Below are positions 1 through 13,840 of a stretch of DNA of 64,000 nt, one piece after another. The stretch covers positions 160,001 to 224,000 of the forward strand of contig CAWCRS010000008.1 of NCBI GenBank assembly GCA_963798085.1, given 5' to 3'. The stretch's first letter is position 1, and every line of letters begins with the position of its first letter. A model generated the notes under the pieces. It saw nothing but the letters and a program-made list of their open reading frames with translations. It had not been told where the DNA came from and did no database searches. The DNA is from an uncultured Gemmatimonadales bacterium (GTDB taxonomy: Bacteria; Gemmatimonadota; Gemmatimonadetes; Longimicrobiales; RSA9). The translations under genes were made by a program, and so were the position numbers.

Positions 1-82
1 GGGGTGGCTTGCCGAGACTGATACGACAGGATCTTGCCGGCAGGAGCGCTGGCACGAGGTCCATTCTGACATCAGGCAGCGC

Positions 83-3547
<3,465 letters not shown>

Positions 3548-3621
3548 GTACCGGCAACCGTAGCGCACCCCCCTGCATCACAGCTAGCATAAAGCGAAAC
3601 ATCTTCTGGCAGGGGGGACGA

Positions 3622-5031
3622 ATGCGCCTTTTCGCAGCGGGCACGGCTGCAATGGCCGGTGCCGGTGTACTGATCGCTGCATTGTCGGGTTGTGGTGGTG
3701 GTGCGCGCGCGGCGAGTCTGTCGGCGGAGATCGACAGCACGAATGGGGTACGTCACTTGAAGTATCCCGGCGATGGCGGTGCCTCGCTCGCGGTACGCAG
3801 TGACACCGTATTGCGCATTGGTGACGTGATGGGAGGCGACGACGCGTATCAGTTCGATCGCGTGCCTCCGACCGGCCTCGCCGGCGATGCCAGCGGTAAC
3901 ATCTTCGTGCTCGACATCGCGGGCGTACGCGTGCTCGAGTTCGATGCGCAGGGCAAACACAAGGCTACGTTCGGACGCAAGGGCGAGGGTCCGGGCGAGC
4001 TGGCACAGCCGTTCTCGATGGCCCTGGGCGCCGCGGATACGGTGTGGGTGCTGGATCCGCTGAACGGCCGCATCACGGGCTTCCCGCCTGCGGGCGATCC
4101 CCGTGTCGTCACGCTCACCGGCGTCAACGGGCTTCCCACGTCCAACTTCGCTGTTCTGCACGACGGGTTTCTGCTCCAGGTCAACGGCATGCTCAACATG
4201 GCCAGCGTCAAGGGCGGCCCTTCCTTCAGCGTTGCTGGTGGTGGCGCCAGAGTCGCGACGCGCGCGACGACGACAGCACCTGCGGTTGGTCGTGCGGGTG
4301 GCGGTGGTGGACCCGCTCCGGCGGGCGCGCGGCCGTCGATCAATCCTTTCGGTGGCGACGGCTCGATTCCCGTCTTCCGGCTCGGCTTCAATGGCGTGCC
4401 CGGCGACACACTGTGGCGGTCGACACCGCCGGTGGTGAAGCCGATTCAGATGGGTGGCGGCGGCAATTCCAGAACGATGACGATCCTGGCCGCACCGGAG
4501 CAGTTCCGGCCACTGCTGCGCTGGGCTGCCTTTTCCGATGGCAGCATTGTGACTGTGGACACGGATGCGTACGACGTCAACGTGGTGGGCCCGGACGGCA
4601 AGGTGCGCTTCGTGATCACGCGTGACATGGCGCCATGGCCGGTCACCGACAAGGAGAAGGAGTGGGCCCGCGACCAGGTGCGCAACCGCGACATAAGTCT
4701 TGGCGGCGGCACAGAGAGGTCCGCCGAAATCAAGCAGATGATGGAGCAGATGGCGCAGAGCATGACGTTCGCCGAGACGGTGCCGCGGATTGCGAAGGTG
4801 GCGGTGGACACGAAGGACCGCATCTGGGTGGGTGTCTCGCTGGCAACGCCCGGTGAAGTGGATCGCGTCGATCTGTACGAGAAGGACGGCCGCTTCATCG
4901 GCTCACTGAACGGCACGAAGATCCCGGACGCGTTCCTGCCCGACGGTCGCATGGCTTCGCTTGTGAAGGATCCGGACACGGACGTGCAGCGCGTGGCCGT
5001 GTATCGCATCACCGAGGGAACGGAGCGCTAG
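3622..5031 (+). CDS. 6-bladed beta-propeller (NHL-like) lipoprotein
   Basis: Lipobox-like LSGC; NHL-type motif FGRKGEGPGELAQP; Gly-rich insert; G-rich RBS upstream. Confidence 0.75.
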   Translation: MRLFAAGTAAMAGAGVLIAALSGCGGGARAASLSAEIDSTNGVRHLKYPGDGGASLAVRSDTVLRIGDVMGGDDAYQFDRVPPTGLAGDASGNIFVLDIAGVRVLEFDAQGKHKATFGRKGEGPGELAQPFSMALGAADTVWVLDPLNGRITGFPPAGDPRVVTLTGVNGLPTSNFAVLHDGFLLQVNGMLNMASVKGGPSFSVAGGGARVATRATTTAPAVGRAGGGGGPAPAGARPSINPFGGDGSIPVFRLGFNGVPGDTLWRSTPPVVKPIQMGGGGNSRTMTILAAPEQFRPLLRWAAFSDGSIVTVDTDAYDVNVVGPDGKVRFVITRDMAPWPVTDKEKEWARDQVRNRDISLGGGTERSAEIKQMMEQMAQSMTFAETVPRIAKVAVDTKDRIWVGVSLATPGEVDRVDLYEKDGRFIGSLNGTKIPDAFLPDGRMASLVKDPDTDVQRVAVYRITEGTER

Positions 5032-5243
5032 GGTTCGGCATTCTGCTCCCCGGCGCGCTCGCGCACCTCGTGTCCGGAAACGGCGCCTGGCAACGGGCGC
5101 CGTTTGTGCAAATGGCGGACAGCGCGGCGGGCGGAACCCGGGGATGGGGCCAGCGGTGTACCATGCACTTCAGCCCGGCCTGGCGCCTTCCGATCCGCAT
5201 TGCGTGGACGCGCCCCGATTACTGTGAACGTCGAGGACGACAA

Positions 5244-5891
5244 ATGAAGAACCGCGTGTTTGCACTGCTCGCGCTCCTGCCGTTGTGCGCCGCGCCGCTG
5301 GCGGCGCAGGGTGTGGCCATCGTCGGTCGCGCCAGCACGCTCGGCCTGGGCGGCGAGGTTTCGCTGGGTCTGGGACGGGCTCTGGGGCTGCGCGCCGGCA
5401 TCAACGCGCAGCCTGCCGATCCCAGTCACAAGATCGAGGGTGTGGACTACACGCTGCATCTCGGCTCGCCGTCGTACACGGCCATGCTCGATCTGTACGC
5501 CGGGCCGATCCGTCTGAGCGGCGGCCTGGTGAAGTTTGGCTCGGAACACAAGCTCACCGCGGAGCCGACGAAGGATGTGGAGATCGGCTCCCAGACGTAC
5601 ACGCCGCAGCAGGTGGGCAAGCTGACAGGCGTGTTCCAGACGAAGGACCTGGCGCCCTACGCGGGCATTGGCTTCGGCCGGCTCGGCGGCCGGCACGGCG
5701 TGGGTCTCACCTTCGATCTCGGTGTGGCCTACCAGGACTATCCCGACGTGCACCTCACGGTATCCGGTCCCATTGCCTCGCAGCCCGGCTTCGAGGCGGA
5801 CCTGGCCGATGAGGAAAGCAAGATCACGCACGACGTGCGCGCGTTCCGCTTCTACCCCGTGATCTCGCTGGGGCTGGTCATCGGTATATAA
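5244..5891 (+). CDS. Putative outer-membrane beta-barrel protein
   Basis: GAGGA RBS before ATG 5244; signal peptide MKNRVFALL...PLAAQ; amphipathic strands, APYAGIGFG, terminal YPVISLGLVIGI. Confidence 0.65.
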   Translation: MKNRVFALLALLPLCAAPLAAQGVAIVGRASTLGLGGEVSLGLGRALGLRAGINAQPADPSHKIEGVDYTLHLGSPSYTAMLDLYAGPIRLSGGLVKFGSEHKLTAEPTKDVEIGSQTYTPQQVGKLTGVFQTKDLAPYAGIGFGRLGGRHGVGLTFDLGVAYQDYPDVHLTVSGPIASQPGFEADLADEESKITHDVRAFRFYPVISLGLVIGI

Positions 5892-6030
5892 CTGGTGGTT
5901 ATAGCCGCCTGCGTCTGCCGCGCGAGCGCAATGCGAAGCAGGCTGTTTCGCCGGTTGCGGCGTGGACACGGGCTGGGGTCGAGGCAGAGGGGCAGGGAAT
6001 CGCGCTGCGTGGTTCCCGGCCCCGTTGTCG

Positions 6031-7554
6031 CTATCCGTGAGCCGGACCGATATCCACCACAATGTCCCGCCACTTGCCCTGGCGGAACCGCACGATGCTG
6101 AGCATGCAGCGCGTGAAGTGGCCGAGCACGATCGCAGTCCAGATGTCGACGGCGTGCAGGCCACGGGTCTGTTGCAGGAACACGCAGAGCCCGATGGGCA
6201 GCACGATCTGCGAGATGATCGAGATGTAGAGCGGGCTGCGCGTGTCGCCCGTCCCCTGCAGGCCACCGGTGTAGGCGAGCGCGACGGTGATGAAGAGGCC
6301 GGATACGCTGAGGTAACGCAGGAGCTGCACGCCCAGGGCGATGACACCGGGCTCGTGCATCCCGAACACACCCAGCAGCGCGCGTGGCACAGTGAGGAAA
6401 AGCAGGCCGATGAAAGCCGCAACCGCGAGACCAATGCGTGAGGCGACGTGCACCGCGTGGGCGGCACGCTCCGGCCGTTTCGCACCGAGGCTCTGTCCCA
6501 CCACCGCGGCCGTGGCGCCCATCAGGCCCACGGATGTCCACGTGATGAAGGAGAACAGCTCGGTATAGCCCACCGCGTAGACCGCCTGCGCTTCCGCGCT
6601 CTGCTGCAGTGAACCGATGAAGCGCAGCAGCATCACGCCGGCCACGTTCATGGCCACACCCTGCAGCCCGGTGGGCAGACCGAAGCGGAACAGTGAACGG
6701 ATGACGCCCCAGTCGGGACGCAGCCGCATCCCGCGCGGGAACCCGACGACCCAGCCGCCTCGCACGAGGCGGTAGAGCGCGTAGATGCTGGCCGAGCCGG
6801 TGGCCAGCACGGTGCCCATGGCGGCGCCCGCCGTGCCGTACGCGGGAATCGGACCCAGCCCGCGAATCAGGATGATGTTGAGCACGATGTTCAGCACCGT
6901 GATCACCATGCCGTAACGCAGCGGTGTTTTCGCATCGCCTGCAGAGCGCAATGCGCCGCTCAGCATGAAGAAGAACAGCATGCCGAAGCTGTACAGGAAC
7001 ATGATGCGCAGATAGGGCAGCGCCTGCAGTTTCACTTCGGGGGCCGCGTGCACGATGTCGAGCAGCATGGGTGACAGCAGATACCCGATGGGAGCCAGCA
7101 CGCCAATGGACAGCGCGACCGACGTGATAAAGGCCTGATAGACCGTACGATTGACCTTGTCGTCATGGCCCGCGCCCGCGAAACGCGAGACCAGCACACC
7201 CATGCCTGTGTACAGCGATGAAATGAAGACGATGACGACGAGGAACACCTGCCAGCTCACACCGATGGCGGCGTTGCCGGTGTAGCCCACGTAGTGCCCG
7301 ACCATCACGTGATCGATGATGCCCTGCAGGCCGCCAATCATGTTCTGCAGCATGGTCGGCCACGCGATTTTCCAGACCGCGCGCACCACAGGTCCTTCGA
7401 CGATGGAGCGGTCGAAGCGGGTCGAGGCTCGCGCGGCTGGCGGCGGCGCGTCCGCGGGCGGGTTCGTGGTGGGCGAAGGTGCTGCCAGACCATCAGCAAA
7501 CGCGGCATCAGCGACTTCCGCATCGCGCAGAGACTCGGGCTGGCTGGGACTCAT
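6031..7554 (-). CDS. MATE family efflux transporter
   Basis: About 12 TM helices; IIDHVMVGHYVG, LRSAGDAKTPL and LQGTGDTRSPL duplicated MATE motifs. Start approximate. Confidence 0.9.
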   Translation of the reverse strand: MSPSQPESLRDAEVADAAFADGLAAPSPTTNPPADAPPPAARASTRFDRSIVEGPVVRAVWKIAWPTMLQNMIGGLQGIIDHVMVGHYVGYTGNAAIGVSWQVFLVVIVFISSLYTGMGVLVSRFAGAGHDDKVNRTVYQAFITSVALSIGVLAPIGYLLSPMLLDIVHAAPEVKLQALPYLRIMFLYSFGMLFFFMLSGALRSAGDAKTPLRYGMVITVLNIVLNIILIRGLGPIPAYGTAGAAMGTVLATGSASIYALYRLVRGGWVVGFPRGMRLRPDWGVIRSLFRFGLPTGLQGVAMNVAGVMLLRFIGSLQQSAEAQAVYAVGYTELFSFITWTSVGLMGATAAVVGQSLGAKRPERAAHAVHVASRIGLAVAAFIGLLFLTVPRALLGVFGMHEPGVIALGVQLLRYLSVSGLFITVALAYTGGLQGTGDTRSPLYISIISQIVLPIGLCVFLQQTRGLHAVDIWTAIVLGHFTRCMLSIVRFRQGKWRDIVVDIGPAHG

Positions 7555-7726
7555 GCCCTGAGGCTGGCGCAACGGGCCCGCCTGCGCAAGGTGGCGCCGG
7601 CTCCAGTGATCACGTCCGGAGGGCCGCCCGTCACGCCGCAGACACCAGCACGTCTCGAAACTGTGTGCCCGGACGCGATCCGGAGATCTGTGGCACCGTG
7701 GGCGTGGCGCCCGCTTCGTCTGCAGC

Positions 7727-8531
7727 CTAACCGCCGCGATTGGCCTGACGCCGCAGCTCGTGCCAGTGGCTGCGCGCCACGCGGATGCGCTGGCCATTGC
7801 GCAGGCGCAGCGCGTAACGCCCGCCGGGCGCATCAAACAGCTCGGCGACGCGATCGACGTTGACGATCGCGGAACGGTGCACGCGCAGGAAGTGTGCGGG
7901 ATCGAGCTGCGACTCCAGCGCGCTCAGGGTTTCGCGCACGAGATGCGTCGCATCGCCCACGTGCAGGCGGATGTAATAGTCGGCAGCCTCGATCCAGTCG
8001 ACATCCGCGGCGGGGATGCGCAATGCGCGCTCGCGCGTCTGCACGATGAAGTGTGTGCGCAGCCGGGCCGCGGCAGTGTCTGTGGCTGAAGCTGCGGAAG
8101 CAGCCGGGCCAGCACTGACCAGGTGCAGCAGTCTCTGCCCGAGGTCGCGATATTCGCGGTTTTCGATGGCCTGGCGCGCGCGTTCGAGGGCCGTGCGCAG
8201 GCGGGCGTCCGTGAAGGGCTTGAGCACGTAGTCCAGCGCATTCACATCGAAGGCGCGCAGCGCGAACTGATCATACGCGGTGATGAAGACGATGAAGGGC
8301 GAGCGCTCCGGTCCGATCTCGCGCACCACGTCCAGCCCGCTCATGCCCGGCATTCTGCACATCCAGCAGCACGAGATCGGGCGCCAGCTGGCGTATGCTG
8401 CGCACGGCTTCGCCGCCACTGCCGGCTTCTCCCGCCACTTCGAAGCCGGCGATTCTCTCGAGCAGGCGGCGGATGCCGGCGCGGGCGTGCGGCTCGTCGT
8501 CCACGATCAGTGTGCGCACGGGCCGGCTCAT
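7727..8531 (-). CDS. LytTR family response regulator (one +1 frameshift at about 8353, probably a sequence error)
   Basis: REC (LIVDDE...VLLDVQ) in ORF 8271-8531 continues as MPGMSGL...TAYDQFAL and LytTR (DWIEAADYY, FLRVHRSAIVN) in ORF 7727-8419. Removing one A from CAGAATG restores the frame. Confidence 0.9.
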
Positions 8532-9629
8532 GCCGGGGCCGGCTGACGCAGGGGGAGTCGCACGATCACGGCAAAGCCGCCGCCCGCCGGTCGCGCGAAT
8601 GTTAAGGACGCGTTATCGCCGAACATCTGAGCCAGCCGCTCCGCGGTATTGCGCAGCCCGACGCCGGACGAGTTCTGCAGCGACCAGGTTTCGGGCGGGC
8701 CCTCACCGTCATCGCGTACCTCCAGGCGCAGCTGACCGTCGCTCGCCCCGGCGAGTACCCGAATGCGTACGCCGGCGGTGGTGCGGCCCGCGTGCCGCAC
8801 CGCGTTCTCCACCAGTGGCTGCAGCACGAGGGCCGGTACGCGCGCAGCATCGAGCTCAGGCGACACGTCGATCTTCACCTGCAGGCGCTCACCGAAGCGC
8901 ATTCTGCTCGACGCCCAGGTAGCGGCGCACGAACTCGATCTCCTCGCCCAGCGGGATCTCGTTCTCGGCCACGTCGCGCAGCAGCCGGCGCAGCAGCTCG
9001 CCCAGCTCGCACACGGTTTCGATGGCCTGCTCGTGCAGTCCCTCGCGAATCAGCATGGTCACCGTGTTCAGCGAGTTGAACAGGAAGTGCGGCTGCAGCT
9101 GGCCGCGCAGCGCGTGCAGCCTGGCCTCCGCCAGGCTGGCCTTCAGTTCCAGCGACGTCCGCTCGCGCCGCTGCAGCGTGCGATAGTATTCGAACGCCAG
9201 ATAACCACCGGTTATGGCCCAGTAGATGACGATGTTGGCGGCGAAATAGGCGGACAGCAGATTGAGCAGTCCGATCCAGTACGGGTAGGGATCGTGCCAG
9301 GTGAGCTGCAGCCAGGCGGCGAACAGGGCGAGGTGCAGGATGGAGAAGACGGCGCCGGCGATGCTGTGCACGGCGAGGGAGCGCAGGAACCGTGTGCCGC
9401 CGAAATCGAAGCGGCGCACCAGACGACCCACGAGCGGCGCCAGTGCCGCGCGGATGAGCCAGGGCGGCAGCACTCCCAGGAACACACCGCCGAACCCCGC
9501 CACATCTTCCCATGTGCGATGCGTGAGCACGCGCTCGGCGCTCTCCGTGGCCGCGAAGAGGAGGGCGGCGCCGGTCAGCAGGATCGCGGGGCGGATATCG
9601 AAGCGGCGCGAGGATGCGGAAGCGACCAT
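8528..9629 (-). CDS. LytS/YehU-type sensor histidine kinase (one +1 frameshift at about 8902)
   Basis: TM helices, LRGQLQPHFLFNSLN, then RFGERL...LQPLVENAVRH and GVGLRN after removing one A from CAGAATG. Overlaps the regulator start by 4 nt. Confidence 0.9.
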
Positions 9630-9669
9630 GCTCCCATTCTCGGGCGGGCGGCGAGCGGCCGCAATCACG

Positions 9670-10860
9670 TCAGTCGCGGATGGCGGGGAGAATGTCGGAA
9701 AACAGGTAGTTTACGGGCGCGACGAAGTCGGCGTACGCGTCCGAGTAGCCGTTGAACACGATCACCATGTCGTACTTCGGGATCACGTAGAGCCACTGGC
9801 CCAGCGCGCCCGAGCCCGTGATGACGATATTGCTGCCCGCGGGCGGCGCGCTGCCGGACAATGGCGTGAGCCAGAAGAGGTAGCCGTACCACCAGTTGTG
9901 ATTGCCCCAGGTCGCCGTGGTGGTGGTGCGCACGGATGTGGCCTTCTCGAGCCAGTCGGCATCGAGCAGGCGCTGGCCATCCCAGACGCCGCCGTGCAGG
10001 ACGAGCAGGCCGAGGCGCGCCAGGTCTGCGGCCTTGAGGTAGAGGCCGCCGCCCGTGTGGGGCACGCCTCCGGCGCCCGTGTACCACTGCACCGACCGGA
10101 TGCCGAGTGGCGTGAACAGATTGTCCTTCGCGAACGCCGTGAAGGACGCATTGACCGCGCGCGCCACGAACTGGCCCAGCAGGATCACACCGCCGCTGTT
10201 GTACTCGAATTGCTGGCCCGGCTGCAGCAGCATGGGCCAGTCGAGCACGAAACGGATCCAGTCGCAGGCGCATTCGTTCAGCTGCTTGAGCGGCGATGTC
10301 GCGTAGTTCGATTCACTCCAGTTCAGACCCGTGCGCATGGTGAGCAGGTCCTCGACCACGAGCGCACGTTTGCGCGCATCCGCGTTGATCACGCTGATGT
10401 AATCGGGGAAGCGCGGCAGTATGGAATCACGCACACCCATGCGACCCTGCCGGATGGCCACGCCCGTGGTCAGCGCGGTCACACTCTTGGTCACGGATTG
10501 CAGTGTGTGCAGCACATTGGGGCCGCTGCCGTTGAAGTACTCTTCGGTGACGAGATAGCCGTGACGCACGATGAGCAGGCTGCGCACGGCGTTCTGGCCA
10601 TCGCGGATGCGCTTCACGAGCGCGGTAATGGCCGTTTCATCCAGCCCCACCTGCGCCGGGGTGGCGCGCGTCCAGCTCGTGGTGGGATCGGGTGCCGGTC
10701 CGCCCAGCGGTGTGTCCTGCAGGCCGGTGGCGCTGCGGCAGCCCGCGTGCAGCGCCACGCCCACGAAGAGCGCGGGCCACACGCGCCGGTAGCGCAGCCG
10801 GCGCGCTGCCGCGGCGGCGCGCGACGCTTCACTCAGCAACGCGCGTCCACGTGGCGCCAT
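9670..10860 (-). CDS. Serine hydrolase, beta-lactamase/class C-like family, likely lipoprotein
   Basis: SxxK motif QSVTKS, LLTMRTGL, FEYNSG, GALGQ; lipobox-like HAGC. Start may be further downstream. Confidence 0.85.
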   Translation of the reverse strand: MAPRGRALLSEASRAAAAARRLRYRRVWPALFVGVALHAGCRSATGLQDTPLGGPAPDPTTSWTRATPAQVGLDETAITALVKRIRDGQNAVRSLLIVRHGYLVTEEYFNGSGPNVLHTLQSVTKSVTALTTGVAIRQGRMGVRDSILPRFPDYISVINADARKRALVVEDLLTMRTGLNWSESNYATSPLKQLNECACDWIRFVLDWPMLLQPGQQFEYNSGGVILLGQFVARAVNASFTAFAKDNLFTPLGIRSVQWYTGAGGVPHTGGGLYLKAADLARLGLLVLHGGVWDGQRLLDADWLEKATSVRTTTTATWGNHNWWYGYLFWLTPLSGSAPPAGSNIVITGSGALGQWLYVIPKYDMVIVFNGYSDAYADFVAPVNYLFSDILPAIRD

Positions 10861-11782
10861 TGAATTCCCACGTGTCCTTGAAGTATGTGTTGCCGTTCAC
10901 GGATTGACCACCGAAGAAGACGTAGCGCTGTCGCGTCGCATCCCATGCCCCGCTGGAGCCGGCCCGGCGGGCCGGCGACGTGCCGGAGACGGTCAGCACG
11001 TTCCATTGCTGGCCGTTCCAGCGTATTGGCGAAGATGAGTCGGCCAGGTCGAAGAGCACCAGATCGCCTGCTGCCGTTGCCCCCAGAAGCAGGCCGGGTG
11101 GCTCGATGGCGGGCGGGCTGCCCGGCACGACGGACCAGGCGCTGCCGTTCCATTCCCAGGCCTGCGCCGGCCGCGTGCCCCCGGTGTTCGCGCTGAAGTC
11201 GACGGCGACAGCGAGCAGTGTGTGGCGGAGCGGACTGTAGGTGAGGTTCGTGGGCAGGGCCAGCGGTCCCGGCACCGCGGTACTAACACGCTGCCAGGCG
11301 GCGCCATCCCACTCCCAGGTTTCGCCCAGCGTGATGCTGGTGGGGCCGCCCAGGACCACGAAACGGTCGCGGTCCGGATCGTAGCCGCCTCTCACGTGCT
11401 GCAACACCGGCCCGTTCGTGGACAGCTGCGTCCAGCTCTGCCCATTCCATGCCCAGAGGTCGCGTGCGCCCGTGAAGTTTCCGTCGAGTCCGCCGAACAG
11501 CAGCATGCGGCTGCGTTTGGAATCGAAGGCGAGGACCGGCTCGATACGCGGCCCGGGGCCGGTCGCCTCGATCCGGCTCCACTTCGTGCCGTTCCAGGAC
11601 CAGAACTCCGCGCTGGGCGTGCCCGTATTGCCACCGTACATCACTACCTGCTGCTGCGGCGGGAAATAGAGCAGCGAGTGAAAGAGCCGGCCGGCGGGTT
11701 GTTCGTCTGTCGGGGTCGTGACCTTGTCCGACTTGCAGCCTGGCAGCAGGATGGCCGCGACCAGGCACAGCGCTCTGACCAT
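10829..11782 (-). CDS. Kelch/galactose-oxidase-like beta-propeller lipoprotein
   Basis: Lipobox LPGC; repeated LLFGG...(T)WEWDG/WNG blades; GGAGG RBS upstream. Confidence 0.8.
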   Translation of the reverse strand: MVRALCLVAAILLPGCKSDKVTTPTDEQPAGRLFHSLLYFPPQQQVVMYGGNTGTPSAEFWSWNGTKWSRIEATGPGPRIEPVLAFDSKRSRMLLFGGLDGNFTGARDLWAWNGQSWTQLSTNGPVLQHVRGGYDPDRDRFVVLGGPTSITLGETWEWDGAAWQRVSTAVPGPLALPTNLTYSPLRHTLLAVAVDFSANTGGTRPAQAWEWNGSAWSVVPGSPPAIEPPGLLLGATAAGDLVLFDLADSSSPIRWNGQQWNVLTVSGTSPARRAGSSGAWDATRQRYVFFGGQSVNGNTYFKDTWEFNGATWTRVAE

Positions 11783-11929
11783 GATTCCTCCGTCGCGTGG
11801 ATGTGCCAGGGCACTGTAGGTGCAACCCGTTCGCCGGCAACCGTGCTGCAGCGGGGCTGCCGCCTGATGCTGCCGATGCCACTCGCTGCACCGGGTTTCA
11901 CGGGACGACCTCGCCGGATAGCTTCGAGC

Positions 11930-12916
11930 ATGCCGCCGCCGAGCCGGTGCCTGCACACGAGCCTGCCGCTGCTTGCGAGCCTGCTGTTAGCGGGAGCGCA
12001 GGCGGGGCGGGCGCACGCGCAGGCGCCCCCGCTCCCCGTGGCGGCGCGGCCTGACACGACATTGCACCTGGCGCTGCCGCACCCGCCGGCCTGGCCGCGC
12101 GGGCAGGGCCCGCTGCTGCTGTTCGACGAGGCGCACCACAACTATCATCGCACGGACGGCCCCTACTTCGCCTTCCTCGAGCTGCTGCGACAGGATGGTT
12201 ATCGGGTGCAGCCGCTGCGCCAGCACTGGTCGCAGGCGGCGCTGCGGAACGGCAATGTGCTGGTTGTGGCGAATCCGGTGAGCGACACGAACGCGGTGAA
12301 CCTGTGGATGCCCATCACGTCCGCGTTCAATGCGCGCGAGTTGAAGGCGATGCGTGACTTCGTGCGCGGCGGCGGCGCGCTGTTCGTGATCACAGACCAC
12401 ATGCCCTGGGCCGGCGCGGACGACGCGCTGCTCGCCTGGTTCGGCATCGCCATCGAGAATGGCTATGCGCTGGCGGACACGTCCGACCGCAGCGGCGAGC
12501 TGCAATTCCGCCGATCCGATGGCGGTCTGCGCGACCATCCGATCACGCGCGGTCGCAATCCAGAGGAGCGCGTCGATTCCGTGCGGACGTTCGGTGGCAG
12601 CGCGTTCCGCGCGCGCGGGCGCGGCGTGGAGCCACTGCTCGTGCTGCCGGCCGCGGCGGTGTCGCTCGACCCCAAGGTCATGGGACTCTTCGACGAGTAC
12701 ACGAAACGCGTGCCGGTGGGCGGCTGGATGCAGGGCGCAGCGCTCGCGTATGGCAGCGGCCGCGTGGTGGTACTCGCGGAAGCGGGTCTGTTCGCGGCGC
12801 CCGAGCCACGCCCGGAGCAGGCCGCCATGGGCTTGCGCGCTGCGGGCGCCGCGCAAAACGCGCAATTCGGTCTCAACATCCTCCACTGGCTGACCGGCCT
12901 CCTGCCTGCCCGCTGA
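11930..12916 (+). CDS. Secreted class I glutamine-amidotransferase-like fold protein (DUF4350-like)
   Basis: Signal peptide; FDEAHHNYH, FVRGGGALFVITDH, GSGRVVV, NAQFGLNILHWL motifs. Confidence 0.65.
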   Translation: MPPPSRCLHTSLPLLASLLLAGAQAGRAHAQAPPLPVAARPDTTLHLALPHPPAWPRGQGPLLLFDEAHHNYHRTDGPYFAFLELLRQDGYRVQPLRQHWSQAALRNGNVLVVANPVSDTNAVNLWMPITSAFNARELKAMRDFVRGGGALFVITDHMPWAGADDALLAWFGIAIENGYALADTSDRSGELQFRRSDGGLRDHPITRGRNPEERVDSVRTFGGSAFRARGRGVEPLLVLPAAAVSLDPKVMGLFDEYTKRVPVGGWMQGAALAYGSGRVVVLAEAGLFAAPEPRPEQAAMGLRAAGAAQNAQFGLNILHWLTGLLPAR

Positions 12917-13027
12917 CCGGCCGGCCCCGCATCAGGGTACCCTCCGCACTCGGGTGTCTCCCTCAACGACAGCGCGTGCGCCCGTGCGACGCGCGCCATC
13001 GGGTTGCAGGTCGCTCAGGAGTCGACG

Positions 13028-13717
13028 ATGCGGAGTCTGCTGGCTTGTGGACTGGTGCTCACGGCGTTCGCCACGCTGCCGCGGCAGGGTGCCGCACAGA
13101 AGGAGACGCCCGACAAGCAGGGCGTGGTGGGAGAATGGACGTTCAACGCCCGGAAGAGCGACGATGTCAGCAAGAAGCTGAGCGGCGGGTATCGGCCGCC
13201 GGGGAATCGCGGCGGTGAAGGTCGTGGCGGCTTTGGTGGTGGTTTCGGCGGTGGCTACGGGGGTCGTGGTGGCGGGCGAGGTGGTGGTGGCCGTGGCGGT
13301 GGTGGTCGTCCGCCCATCGAAGGCGGCAGCGGTGGCGGCCGTGAGGGCGGGCGCGATGTCGCGCGCTCGCGCATCAGCATGCTCCGCCTGCTGCGCGCGC
13401 CCGAAACGCTGACCATCGAGCGCTCGGATTCGGCGACGCTGCTGCGCCGTGATACCGCCGCGGCCCTCGTGCTTTACCGTGATGGCCGGCCCTTCACCGT
13501 GCTGGGCGAAAACGATGAGGACCAGCTCACCTACACGGCCACGTGGAAGGACGAGAAGCTGATCGTCAACGAACAGAGCGCGAGCGGTACGTCGATCGAA
13601 GAGACGTACGAGGTGAAGGGCAAGCCGGCGCAGCTGCAGGTACAGGTGAAGCTGAAGAGCGAGAATCCGCCGCGCGACATCAAGTTCAAGCGCGTATACG
13701 ACATCGCCAGTCATTGA
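13028..13717 (+). CDS. Secreted hypothetical protein with Gly/Arg-rich insert (lipocalin-like barrel possible)
   Basis: CAGGAG RBS; signal peptide; GEWTFNARKSD start; GGRGGGRGG tract; C-terminal KRVYD. Confidence 0.65.
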   Translation: MRSLLACGLVLTAFATLPRQGAAQKETPDKQGVVGEWTFNARKSDDVSKKLSGGYRPPGNRGGEGRGGFGGGFGGGYGGRGGGRGGGGRGGGGRPPIEGGSGGGREGGRDVARSRISMLRLLRAPETLTIERSDSATLLRRDTAAALVLYRDGRPFTVLGENDEDQLTYTATWKDEKLIVNEQSASGTSIEETYEVKGKPAQLQVQVKLKSENPPRDIKFKRVYDIASH

Positions 13718-13840
13718 GGCCCGCGCGCCGGCCGGCGGGCGGGACGGACCGCTCACGGGCAGCTGCGCACTTGCGGCTCAATGCATGCGTCGGGCCGGGC
13801 AGGTGGGGACGACAGCAGGACTCAGGGAGCCGTACGACGT

